Part shown: piece after piece, positions 14,295-27,465 of the stretch
Layout: every line of letters begins with the position of its first letter
Numbering within the stretch: the stretch's first letter is position 1
Assembly (NCBI GenBank): GCA_951406725.2
Contig: OX597839.1
Coordinates: 6,262,001-6,326,000, forward strand
DNA length: 64,000 bases
Direction of reading: 5' to 3'
Source: Octopus vulgaris
Lineage: Eukaryota
The notes under the pieces: generated by a model
Told to the model about the DNA's origin: nothing
Seen by the model: only the letters and a program-made list of their open reading frames with translations
The model's database searches: none
Program-made: the position numbers and the translations under genes

Positions 14295-15056
14295 TGTGGG
14301 TGCCTGTGTGTGTATATGTATTATACACACACAGGCACAAATGAGTATATAGAAATAAGAAACCTTTTAAGATCTATACAGTAGATATAGTCAATGTCAC
14401 TTGAATGTGTTTTGCAGGTTTTGTCTTTTTAAATTTTTGTCCTATTCCTAAGTATGGCTATATCAAGGCTACACCAGTTGTCAGTAACTGGGAAAAAAAC
14501 TGCAGAACTTCTGTATCCATCAATGGCTAAATAGTAATTTATGAACACACACACATGCTTGCTTCCTTCATGCTCCTGCTTGACGAGGCTACGATCATCC
14601 CAGGGGGGTGGTTCCAGATGTGTCATCATGCATGGAACCAATCAAGTCCACCAGTGCTCTCATCACTGGCGGCCCCATGTCAGCCCCTCTGCATCCTCCA
14701 AGATGTCTTTGAGCCTCTAGAGATCTTTCTTAAACCTTTTGAGACGCAGTGTTTTGGTGTGTGTAGCCCCAAAAGACCAAAATACTTTTTCAATTGGGGT
14801 AGATCTACTGAAAGTTGATCTCTGATTGGCTATTCCACTTCAAAACCAACCACTCATAATATTTATTCCATCTGGCCAATGGATTGGCCACAAAGTCCTT
14901 TTAGCTGATATCACTTGGGTTAATCAATCAGCCTAGGTGTCTCAAGAGGGTTAATCACACCCAACCATCTAGTGTGGGACCTACCATGGGGGCCTCTTCT
15001 TTCTGACTATTTATCTATATATTTTGATAGATAGATAGATAGACAGACACACACAC

Positions 15057-15101
<45 letters not shown>

Positions 15102-15217
15102 CCCACATAAATATACACAAACACACACACACATATACACACGTGTGCACATAAGTATTTTTTTTTCATCTAGTTTCAGCTCACGAGCTGTGGCCATGCT
15201 GGGGCACCATCATTAAG

Positions 15218-15248
<31 letters not shown>

Positions 15249-15589
15249 CCTGTATGTTTGTGATAAAAACAAAAATTCTGAGACAGGAATGTTCAGATGT
15301 CTCAAGAAAATATGGTTTCATGAAAGAGACAGTGAGATCAGAGAGAGAGAGAGAGAGGACAAATGAGAACTAGTGATAGGGAGAGAGAGAGAGAGAAGGG
15401 GATGAGAGCCAGGGAGAGGGCAAGAGAGAGAAAGAGAGATACTGCGAGGTATTGAGGGAGAGAATTTAAATCATATAAAGGAATGTTGACTTGGTCTTTT
15501 AGAAATAAATAATGCATATCAATGGTAAAGAAATTTTGTAAATATTTACATTACATTCAAGACAAATGTATGTGCATAAACCTCTCTCT

Positions 15590-15676
<87 letters not shown>

Positions 15677-15765
15677 TGTGTGTGCGTTTGCATGCTTTTG
15701 AATAAACAAACATGAACACACCACCACCACCATCGCCACCATGCATGGTTTACAGGTTCTTCAGT

Positions 15766-15796
<31 letters not shown>

Positions 15797-16271
15797 TTAT
15801 TATTTGTTTCTATCTTTCTCATTTATTTCTCTTTCCATTCTAGCAGAAGCTATTTATTTTGGTCGTTTTATTTGTTATTTTAAGAATTTTAAAAATCCTC
15901 CCACTAACCCACCCACTCCAAGCATCACCACCCCCACCACCACCACCACCACCACTACCAAAAACAAACAAAAAAATAAAATTGTGGACATTTGCATATT
16001 TTGAGAGAAATTGTTTTTACAGCTCGACTTCCTTTCCTAGTGCGACCCACTCAACTGTGAATGCAGAAATGGAAACATTTAGTTTTCATTCCTCCATATG
16101 AGTAGGTTTTTCATCTTTTTTTTTTTATTTCTTTGTTTCAAGGGTAAGGGTCTGCCCCCAGCCCCTACAACACCAATAAACAAGGAAGACGTACAGACGC
16201 CTGTTCAATTCCTAACACAGCCAATTCGGTCATTTGTTTCTTCTGAGTCAATAAAAAATAAGTACGAATAG

Positions 16272-16790
16272 TCTGTGTGGTAAGTAGCTTGCTTACCAAC
16301 CACATGGTTCTGGGTTCAGTCCCGCTGCGTGGCACCTTGGGCAGGTGTCTTCTACTATAGCATCGGACCGACCAAAGCCATGTGAGGGGATTTGGTAGAT
16401 GGAAACTGAAAGAAGCCCATCCCTCTCACTTTTGGAGAGGCACTGAGCAGCTATACGCACACATACACACACGGCAGTAACGTCCACCTACCGAATTCAA
16501 TCACAAAGCTCCGGTCGGCTCGGGGCTATAGTGGAAGACACCTACCCAAAGTGCCACGCAGTGGGACATATATATATTTATGTGTGTCTGTGTTTGTCCC
16601 CCAACATCGCTTGACAACCGATGCTGGTGTCTTTACGTTCCCATAACTTAGCGGTTCGGCAAAAGAGACCGATAAAATAAGTACTAGGCTTACAAAGAAT
16701 AAGCTCTGGGGTTGATTTGCTCGACTAAAGGCGGTGCTTCAGCATGGCCACAGTCAAAATGACTGAAACAAGTGAAAGAGAGTAAAGAGT
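16272..16790 (+). mobile_element. SINE-A with an inverted SINE-A head fragment (16483-16567) inside it
   Basis: Head and tail match SINE-A; the inner segment is the reverse complement of about 16319-16403. Confidence 0.88.
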
Positions 16791-16835
16791 ATAATCATAC
16801 TACTACTACTACTACTACTACTACTACAGTATTGA

Positions 16836-17126
16836 GGAAGTACATGGCTCAGTGGTTAGGGTTTTGGACTCATGATTAACAGATTGTGCTTTCAATTTCT
16901 TACCAAACAACCACACAGATGATATTTTTATAGTAGTCAAATGTTTGTGTCGACATAAGCTCACTCCCTCTATCAGGTCGACATTACCCGAAACGGGTGT
17001 AACATGTCAGATGTTAAAATGATCGCAGAACATGAAATAAAATGCTTTGCTCAAAAACACAACGGTCTGGGAATTGAACCCACGATCTTTGCAATCACGA
17101 GTGCAACACCTTAACCACTAAGCCAT
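16836..17126. mobile_element. Two convergent degenerate tRNA-SINE heads plus body
   Basis: TGGCTCAGTGGTTAGG on plus near 16845 and TGGCTTAGTGGTTAAGG on minus ending near 17126. The body resembles 50130-50195. Confidence 0.6.
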
Positions 17127-17416
17127 ACAGACAAGTATGGATAGCAAAAGAAGAAGACAATGTAAATGCAAAAACATGAATCTGAAGAACTATGCAATTG
17201 TGTACAGACTATTTCTTCCTATGAAATTGAATGAACCAAATTTGCATGACCAAATTTGCCGGATATGATTAATTTAAAACTTTCGGGTTTTCTTCCAATC
17301 ACCATCCACTGAACTTTTTACTTTCATACATCCATTTTAATTACAATGTTAATTATATTTGCTAAATTCAATCAAGTTAAAGAACAGTAATTTATTGATC
17401 TGCATTTTTTTTGTTG

Positions 17417-17452
<36 letters not shown>

Positions 17453-17734
17453 TTTTATTTTCTTCATTTTTAGCTTCTGCAATTGTTTAAATTTCAATCA
17501 TTTATTTCCAAATTGACTAAAATATAGAAAAAGGAAGGAAGCCCAGAAAATATTCTTTGTTTCGAAGTCTGCGAGAGAACGGAAGAATTATATAAAGACG
17601 AGGAACTAGAAGTATATTAGAAAGAAAAAAGAAAAAATTTCAGTTTCAAATTTTAAATGCAGGCAGATGTTGTTTAAATGCTTATAAGCCGTATATATTC
17701 ATCAATGTATTGTAAAATTTGTATCGACACACCT

Positions 17735-17744
17735 ATATATATGT

Positions 17745-17796
<52 letters not shown>

Positions 17797-17806
17797 GTAT
17801 ATATAC

Positions 17807-17870
<64 letters not shown>

Positions 17871-18028
17871 CATGCATACATACATATATATATATACATA
17901 CATACATATATACATACATATATATACATACATGCATACATACATATATATATATACATACATACATATATACATACATATATATATATACATACATACA
18001 TATATACATACATACATACATATATACA

Positions 18029-18064
<36 letters not shown>

Positions 18065-18137
18065 TATACATACATATATATATATACATACATACATATA
18101 TATATATACATACATACATACATATATACATACATAC

Positions 18138-18179
<42 letters not shown>

Positions 18180-18187
18180 AGAAAATG

Positions 18188-18227
<40 letters not shown>

Positions 18228-18240
18228 ATATGTATATATG
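17735..18240. repeat. (TA)n/(TACA)n microsatellite
   Basis: Direct inspection. Confidence 0.95.
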
Positions 18241-18296
18241 AATGAACGAAACTACACATTGTTGGAACTGAGTGTATTCAAATTTTTTAAATATAT

Positions 18297-18832
18297 ACAT
18301 CATCATCATCATTAGCATCGTCATTTAGCGGACATTTTCCATGCTGGTATGAGTTAGACAGTTTGACTATAACTGGTAAGCCAGAGAGCTGTACCAAATT
18401 ATGGCTTGTTGCCCTTCCTCACACCAACCATTCCAAGAGTATAGTGGGTACCCTTTTAGAAATTGTGTGTACAAGTAGGTGTGCATATATACTGTATATA
18501 TATTTAAATAAAATGGCAACAATTTACCCATTGCACCCTGTATATATATGTATACAGGACAGACTTCTTTCAGTTTTTGCCTACCAAATCCACTCGCAAG
18601 GTTTTAGTCGGCCCAAGGCTATAGTAAGGTGCCACATGGTCAGACTGAACCTGGAACCATGTAGTTGGGAAGCAAGCTTCTTACCACACATTTCCTAGGT
18701 TCAATTTCCACCAAGGTTGTCTTTGCTTTTCATCCTTTCGGGGTCGATAAAATAAGTATCAGTTGAGCATTGAGGTTGATGCAATCAACTTAGCCCCCAC
18801 CCACTCAAAATTGCTGGCCTTGTGCCCAAATT
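18297..18832. mobile_element. Cluster of decayed fragments: element C (-), SINE-A head (-, 18556-18690), SINE-B (+, 18698-18832)
   Basis: Similarity to the intact copies elsewhere in the window. Confidence 0.75.
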
Positions 18833-18839
18833 TATACAC

Positions 18840-19240
18840 CCACATACGGTTCAGTCCAACAAGTGTCTTCTACTATAGCCTCGGGCCGACCAAAGCCTTG
18901 TGAGTGGATTTGGTAGGCGGAAACTGAAAGAATCCCGTCTATATATGTATATATATATATGTATATGTATGTGTATATGTTTGCGTGTCTGTGTTTGTCC
19001 CCCCAACATCGCTTGACAACCGATGCTGGTGTGTTTACGTCCCCGTAACTTAGCAGTGCAGCAAAAGAGACGGATAGAATAAGTACTAGGCTTACAAAAG
19101 AATAAGTCCTGCGTTTCGGCAAAAGAGACCGATAGAATAAGTACTAAGCTTACAAAAGAATAAGTCCTGGGGTCGATTTGCTTGACTAAAAGGTGGTGCT
19201 CCAGCATGGCCACAGTCAAATGACTGAAACAAAAGAATTA
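18840..19240 (+). mobile_element. SINE-A with an internal tandem duplication of about 58 bp
   Basis: GCAAAAGAGAC.GATAGAATAAGTACTA.GCTTACAAAAGAATAAGTCCTG occurs twice. Confidence 0.9.
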
Positions 19241-20348
19241 AAGAATATATATATACACACATACATACACACACCCACAAAACAAACAACCTCTTCTGGT
19301 AGATATTGCCGAGTAGACCTTGGAGTACTTCTTACTTTCTTATCACTCATCCTCCATCTAAATTCCATTTTACTCACAAATCACTGCAACAGCCCTTTCC
19401 TTTATATTGGTCACGCTGTCTTAAAAATTGGTGCCAATTGCAATCCTTTAGATTCTGTATACATTCAGGAGAAACCATTATTGTAGTAAACACAGATTTC
19501 ATTCCAACTTACCTACAAAGAGAGAAAGAAAAACAAAAAGAAAATTATTAGATTTCTCTTCTATTTTTGAAATATATTTCAATACAATGCAAACATGTAT
19601 TTCAGAGAAATATACTATTTTTAAATGTGTACAAACACTTGCAGAAACACAAAGAGTAAGGAGAGAGAGAGAGAGAGAGAGAGAGTATATTGTAGGATAT
19701 TACCCCTACCCTGCCCCATCCACCTATCCCTCTGTCCCCTTCTTCTAGGACCCTACTTGGTCAGTTTGTTTTGGAAGTTATTTCTTACCTTACTCCCCAG
19801 CCCAGGCTAAGGCTAACTTTTACTTTATTACACACAAGCACTTGGGACACATGAAAGGGGTCAAAGGCAGCGAGGTGTGAGGGTGGGGGGGTAGCAATAA
19901 AAGGTTAAGTCATTGTCTTATTTTAAGGAAAAGAGAAGGGGACACACGTACACACACACATGCATAACCTTAGTTTCACTTTGCCTTTCATTCTTTCTCT
20001 CTCCCTACGTATGCATATTCATCACCTCCCTCCCTTTCTCCCCCCTCTCTCAATTATAACCTCTGACCTCCCATCACCTCGGAATTCTCCCTATGATTTC
20101 CATTACTCTCACACACACAAAAGGCTCTCTCTCTCTCTCTCTAGCTATTTCTGTCGCTCCCCACTCTCCCTCTCTCAGTCTGTCATTCTCTGGACCAGGA
20201 CCAGACTGATGCATGCCACAAGAGAGGAATTTACCATTATCTTATAAATAAATAAATAAACAGACCAGTTATTTATTAGATAAAAGAAACAAAAGGGAGA
20301 AAGAAAGGTAGAACAAAGGAGCAGTAGAGAAAGAGGGAGAGAGAGAGA

Positions 20349-20388
<40 letters not shown>

Positions 20389-20688
20389 ATGAATATGTGA
20401 ATATCTATAAAGACAAGGCAGTGGTAGGTTGGAAAGCATAGAAAAGTGGTGGTGGTCGTGGTGATGGTGATTAGGCTGTTGTAGTAATGGTATTAGTGTC
20501 GGTATTGGTGGTGGTGGTGGTAACAGTGGTGGTGGCGGTAGTAGCAGTGGTGGTGGTGGTGGTGGTATGCTCTGAGATAACTTTCATTGGTGTAATGACC
20601 TTCCAAGCCACAAGTCAATACAGGCCTGTCCATTATTACTAGCTATTCATTGAAAAGTAGAGGTCAGCAGGAATATACACACATACAC

Positions 20689-20722
<34 letters not shown>

Positions 20723-20912
20723 GTGTCCAGAATACACTCATAGTCCATCTACTCACACTACCACCACACTATAAAGTCACATCCATGCTCAGTCTGTCTG
20801 TCTGTCTGTGTGTCTATTTGTTTCTCTTTCTCTCTCTCACACACATATACACATTGTTGTGTCATTATTTCTCTCTGCTTTATTTATGCATTTGTCCTCT
20901 GCCACTCATATA

Positions 20913-20946
<34 letters not shown>

Positions 20947-21170
20947 CATAAATATACACTATATAAACATATATATATCACACATAAATATACACTATAT
21001 AAACATATACACACACACAAGCATATATATATATACATACATAAATAAATACACACTATATAAACATATATATACACACACAAACAAATACAAACTATAT
21101 AAACATATATTCACACACACAAACATATATATATATATATATACTATATAAAATATATATACACACACAA

Positions 21171-21215
<45 letters not shown>

Positions 21216-22199
21216 AATACACACTATATAAATATATACATACACACACAAGCATATATATATATTTATATATATATATGTATATATATGTATATATATA
21301 GGTCTTTTCTCATCTACATAAACTATCCCTTCAAACTCAGTAAACATTATCCATCTCAACTTTACCCCACACACATGCACAAGACATACAGTAACCACTT
21401 TACACTTATACACACACACACACACTACCATCCTGACTACAACCATCACACTTTACCACAATATGATGATGATGATGATGATGGTGATGAAGCGGGGGTG
21501 GGGGCCACATAAAGAAACAAAGACATAAACAAATAAACATCCATCCATACCATCACCACCATCCATACCACCACCACCATCATCATCGTCATCACCATCA
21601 GCATGACAAAACATTCTAGTCAATGGAGGATTCTGGCAGACAAACAACATAAATAATACAAATAGATAAGAGGAATAAATAAAAACAAATAAAAATACAC
21701 AAGACAGCTGTCTTTCTCTTTTTCCGTCTGAATGATGGAAAGCCAAGTCAGGTTGGTGGTGGTGGTGGTGGAAGGGGTGGGCCGGCGGGCAGGGAGCGAG
21801 AGAGAGAGAGAGAGAGAGAGAGAGTCTTAAGGGGTGTGAAGTGGGAGTGGAGAAACGATGATGGGGTGAGGGTGGAGTATGAATTAGAGGAGGAGGAGGA
21901 GGAGAAAAAGGTTTTGGTTTCAAAGAGAGGATGAAGAAAGAGTGAGAGAGTAAGAGAGAATCTTAAGGGGGTGAAGTGGGAGTGGAGAAACGATGGGGGG
22001 TGAGGGTGGAGTATGAATTAGAGGAGAAGGAGGAGGAGGAGGAGGGGGTAAAGGTTTTGGTTTCAAAGAGAGGATGAAGAAAGAGTGAGAGAGAGAGTAA
22101 GATGGAAAATGTGAGAAAGAGGGATACATAGAGAGAGGGAGAGGGAGAGAGGGAGGGAGAGAGTAGGGGGTAATCTCACTTGGTTACTCCTCCACTTAC

Positions 22200-22260
22200 G
22201 GATTCCTTGACCATCTATCACTTCTAGCACCAACACCACCCCTCAGCACCTCTATCCTAT
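22200..22260 (-). other. Candidate spliceosomal exon (61 nt), possibly ending in a start codon region ATG GTC AAG GAA TCC
   Basis: Minus-strand acceptor CCTTCCCCCACCCCCCGCAG| and donor |GTAAGT in non-repetitive sequence; no homology evidence. Confidence 0.3.
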
Positions 22261-22736
22261 CTGCGGGGGGTGGGGGAAGGACTTCTGTGTGGACATTCAC
22301 TATGCTTGACATCATAGTCAAATCTCCCCTCAAGTCTCCATTTTGCTATCTTACAAAACAGTGGATGGAATGATACATTAGACAGATAGTGTAGACACCT
22401 AGACACACTGTGTTTGACTGTCGAGGTGGTCAAGAGGGGAGCGCTTTCAATCATAGGAGGTCGGCTATAAATGACTTCTGATCTGTGGTTAAATAACAGG
22501 AGACACTTCCATTCCCAACCCTTTGACTGTCAGGATGGTCAAGGAGAGAACGCTTTTCATCATAGGCGGGCTGCTATAAATGAGATCCGACCTGTGGTTA
22601 AACAACAACAACAACAGCAGACACTTCCACTCATACCCCCAACGCGTCAACTCCCCTCGCCTTCTCCACCCCAACCACAAGCAACCCACCCTACCACGAC
22701 CACCACCACCATTGCCACGACCGTACTTAAACTTAC

Positions 22737-22879
22737 ATCGGGGGTTTTGGTACAAAAGATGGATGGGACTACACTGATGAGTGAGCAAGTAAAACCAACC
22801 ACCAAACCAACCAACCAGGCAGCCAGCCAGCCAGCAAGCAAGCCACGACCACCACCACCAACAACAACAGCAGCAGCAG
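22737..22879 (-). other. Candidate spliceosomal exon (143 nt), probably UTR or non-coding
   Basis: Minus-strand acceptor TTTATGCTCCTTCCTACAG| and donor GAT|GTAAGT. Confidence 0.35.
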
Positions 22880-23130
22880 CTGTAGGAAGGAGCATAAATG
22901 ATGGAAAGACATATAATATGTAAAACTGTAATGCTAATGAAAAGAATGGATTGATGGAACGAAACTACACTAGAATGTTCTTCGCGATGATGCTGATGAT
23001 GCTGATGATGATGATTATAGTGGTGGTGGTGGTGGTGGTGGTGGTGATGCTGACATTTGCTGCTGCTTAACTTTTACATTCCTGACTTTTAAGCAGACAA
23101 CAGCTATTAATCAGTGTAAAAGGGAACGAG

Positions 23131-23176
<46 letters not shown>

Positions 23177-23239
23177 GAGACCAAGAAAGAAAGAAAGAGA
23201 GAAAGAGGGATGGAGAAGCGAAAGAGAGAAAGGTGTGTA

Positions 23240-23282
<43 letters not shown>

Positions 23283-23390
23283 GACAGCTTGTCATTGAGA
23301 AGGATGGAAAGCACTAAATCAGTGCAAAGGGAACTCAAGAGAGAAACAGACACTATAAAACAGAGAGACAGAGAGAGGGAGGGAGAGGAC

Positions 23391-23421
<31 letters not shown>

Positions 23422-23768
23422 AGGGAAAAGAGAGAAATTGGGATGGGGGTGAGAGTGAGTTAAGAGAGACAGCTCAGTCATGGAGAAGGTTGAAAAGCAC
23501 TGATATATAAAATTGTGGTCATTCCGAAACTCTGGGTTTCTGATTATGTCTCGTAGCCAAAAGCATAAGAGTGTGGTCGAAGTGGTTTGTTGTAAATGCA
23601 CGCATTTCATGTTGTAGAATATGTATGTATATGAATATGTAGATCTGTATCTATCATATATGCACAGTTTACACATACATACGCACGCACATACTCATGC
23701 TTAATAATATAAAAAAAATTGGGTAAAAATATATAACATTCAGTAAAGTGATGTATACAGCAGTGTAA

Positions 23769-23842
<74 letters not shown>

Positions 23843-25145
23843 AGGGAGAGTGTGAGAGAGAGAGAGTGGAGGTGGGGAGCGCAGTAAGTAGAAAGCTCAT
23901 TGCACGGGCTGTCATTGGTTTCGCGATCAAAGTCTTCAGGCCCAGTTTTTATCTCTGCGCGACTTCACATATATATTTTTCCTCTTCGTATGTACATTAT
24001 TATATAATTCGTTCGAAGTAAATAAGAGATACATACAAACAGTAGCGTGTAGATAGATACGGTGTTTAAAACCTCTTTGAATAGAATCATTCGGAGGGCT
24101 GCCTGTGGGACAAGAACTCACATTTCTTTATAAAGACAGGCGTTCTACCTTTTATGACAAACGTGAGCGCGCGTGTGTATGTGTAAGGCTTCGAAAATAA
24201 CCATGTCTATCAACCAGAAAATAAATGGTTCAAAGAATGACAGAAAAAAGCCAAAGCCAAATTCCATTGTTTGTTCTGTCCAACACCACCTATTACCAGA
24301 AACAACTAGAGGAGGGATAAGTTGTCTGTCCAGCACTCCTTCATCACCAGGTGGGCACTGTCTGTCTGACACATTATATCGAAATTACTACCTCCTCTAC
24401 CATCACCCACACTACGAGAGGTCTGTTCTGTCCAACACAAACCCACCACCTCTACGACTTCCACCAGTACCAAACATAGTTAGATAGAGATGTATTAGGA
24501 AATGAAAAACAGAGACGGAGGGGTAGAAATTATACCGAGAGAGAGAAAGAGAGAATAAGATAAATGACAGAAATGTGAGAAACAACGAAAGAAGAATGAG
24601 GAGGAGAAGGATGAAGATTTTAGAATGAGGGGTAGTAACAAAGTCAGGAATTTCGTAGTGGTTTGCATTGAAGAAGGAGGAAAATGTGACGACTATGCTC
24701 TTTAGATGCTGTATATGTTTGAGGCTGCCTGTCGCTGTTGTTTAGTTTCAGTTCTCAAAGCTGTCTGAACACACCAACTCATGAAATGTATTCCAGCCGT
24801 GACTATCTCGTTTTAGTGTTTTTTGAAAAGCTATATTTTTAAATGACTCTCGTCTGTTATAAGCTGAAAGATTACAAGTTACTTGTAGTAGATTTCACTA
24901 TTTCTAGTCGGACTTCCATTAGCTCATGTGTGGGGGGAGGTGTGTGTGTGTGTGTGAGAGGGGTAAAGTGGTTATTTAGTTCTAGGTTAGCCCTTATTGT
25001 GTAGCCCTATAATAAGAAGGATCAGTCCTGTCGTCAGCCCTGACCGAACTGACACTCTAGTAGTAATCATCCTATTTTTTAACGAGGGAGCCCAGGAGCA
25101 CTTTAACCGACCTTATCCTTCTCAGGGTGGTACGTGATCTGTGTG

Positions 25146-25372
25146 GCGAGCTGGCAGAATCGTTAACACGCCGGGCGAAATGCGTAGCCGTATTTCGTCT
25201 GTCGTTACGTTGTGAGTTCAAATTCCGCCGAGGTGGACTTTGCCTTTCATCCTTTCGGGGTCGATAAATTAAGTACCAGTTACGCACTGGGGTCGATGTA
25301 ATCGACTTAATACCTATGTCTGTCCTTGTTTGTCCCCTCTGTGTTTAGCCCCTTGTGGGTAATAAAGAAATA
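25146..25372 (+). mobile_element. Young SINE-B with a target-site duplication of up to 17 bp
   Basis: GGTACGTGATCTGTGTG at 25129-25145 and 25373-25389; intact body and tail GGGTAATAAAGAAATA. Confidence 0.95.
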
Positions 25373-25853
25373 GGTACGTGATCTGTGTGAGAGTTAACTG
25401 CTGTTTCTATCTGAGCAGTCGGATTGGACACGCAAGAATGACCGTCTTTCTTGGCAAACTTGTTTTGTGGTCAATAAATGTAGATGTCTACGTGATGTCG
25501 AGGTCGTTGTCGTGAGTGATTTTAAAAGATACAGAGTGGAGAAGTAAAAGAAAAAAAAAGGAGACGTCTGCTATGTGAAGAGGAAGGGGAAGGAGATGTC
25601 AAATGAGAAAAAGAAGAAGAAGGGCAGGAGAAGAAATTAAAAAAACAAGGACAGACGAAATAGAGACAGGAGTGGTCGTTCACTGCACCAGTTTTTAGTC
25701 ATGCTCCTAAAAAGAACACAGACAGCTTACGGCTGCGTTAAAAGTCAATGCTTTGGGTTGCTTTTATGTTAATGGACATAGATTGTTTTTATTGGTCGGT
25801 ATTTTGTAAGTTTTTTTTTTTTATAGTGGACAGAGGGTTAGATGGTACATAAG

Positions 25854-25898
<45 letters not shown>

Positions 25899-25980
25899 GC
25901 ATGTACACACAAAAAAGGGACGCGTAAGCTGGGGTTGTTCTTGGTGGAATTTCCATTTGAAGTTTATAGGATCAAGATAC

Positions 25981-26072
<92 letters not shown>

Positions 26073-26340
26073 GATACAAGGATGGCTATATGGATGAATA
26101 GAAAGATAGGCAGACGAACAGACAGCCAGAGTAAAAAAGGGAGAGACTAGGACAGGCAGACGGACAGAAAAGGTTGGTGATATAAAAACCAGGAATGAGG
26201 AAATGCCAAACTCTCTCTGGCTGGCAGCATTTTAAAGACAAACACACACGACCACCGAATTCTATAGATGAAAGTGAGTGAAGGCAGGATACATAAATGA
26301 GATATGTAGATGGAGGTATAGAAAAGAAAACATGAAAAGA

Positions 26341-26400
26341 ATAATAATAATGATAATAATAATAATAATAATAATGATAATAATAATAATAATAATAATG

Positions 26401-26431
<31 letters not shown>

Positions 26432-26432
26432 A

Positions 26433-26515
<83 letters not shown>

Positions 26516-26525
26516 TAATAATAAA
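26341..26525. repeat. (AAT)n microsatellite
   Basis: Direct inspection. Confidence 0.95.
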
Positions 26526-26929
26526 AAACCAAATATAATCTGGAGTAATTGAATAAAGAAAAAGGGGCGAGGAGAGCGCAAAGGATAAGGAGTGGCAAGA
26601 AATAGGGAGGGGTAGGGCAAGAAAAAGGGTTACATAATTTTAGAAACCTAGGTGCGCTGAATTTAGCTTTCATCTCTTTCAGGTGAATTTAAAGTATATT
26701 GTATTATTCTTTCAGTGGGTTCAGTGACTGGCCATGCCGCAGCACCGCCTTCGTGTATTTTAGTCCTTATTCAAATTCTACCGGTTGCTTTCTTGTTGAA
26801 AGCACTAGGTTACATGGATGTAAGCAAACCAACATCGGTCGTAAATATATATTTATCTAATTAGTGACGAAGCTGGAAAACGCACAAATATTCTAATTAG
26901 ACAATCCGCGATGGTACCTTTGTCTTTTC

Positions 26930-27465
26930 GAGCACAGAAAGAATGGAAAGCAATATCGATCTCGGCCGAATTTGAACTCAGAATGTAAAGACAAACGAAA
27001 TACCTATTTCTTTATTACCCACAAGGGGCTAAACACAGAGGGGACAAAAAAGGACAGGCAAACGGATTAAGTCGATTACATCGACCCCAGTGCGTAACTG
27101 GTACTTAATTTATCGACCCCGAAAGGATGAAAGGCAAAGTCGACCTCGGCGGGATTTGAACTCAGAACGTAGTGGCAAACGAAATACCTATTTCTTTACT
27201 ACCCACAAGGGGCTAAACACAGAGGGGACAAACAAGGACAGACATAGGTATTAAGTCGATTACATCGACCCCAGTGCGTAACTGGTACTTAATTTTATCG
27301 ACCCCGAAAGGATGAAAGGCAAAGTCGACCTCGGCGGAATTTGAACTCACAACGTAACGCAGACGAATTACCGCTAAGCATTTCGCCCGGCGTGCTAACG
27401 ATTCTGCCAGCTCGCCGCCTTCCGTCAAACATTTTGTCCAACCTGCTAACGATTTCTGTCAGCTC

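Noticed and set aside
22471-22510. SECIS-like ATGA..AAA..GA pattern in the duplicated unit
   Set aside because: Helix spacing does not fit a SECIS element and there is no selenoprotein context.
23892-23904. 13-bp match AAAGCTCATTGCA also at 45321
   Set aside because: A single match of this length is expected by chance in AT-rich DNA of this size.
25072-25287. Recurrent peptides such as MRNWYLIYRPRKDERQS and SFRLPNPLTRLWSARG
   Set aside because: They recur because they are translations of SINE-B and SINE-A, not a gene family.
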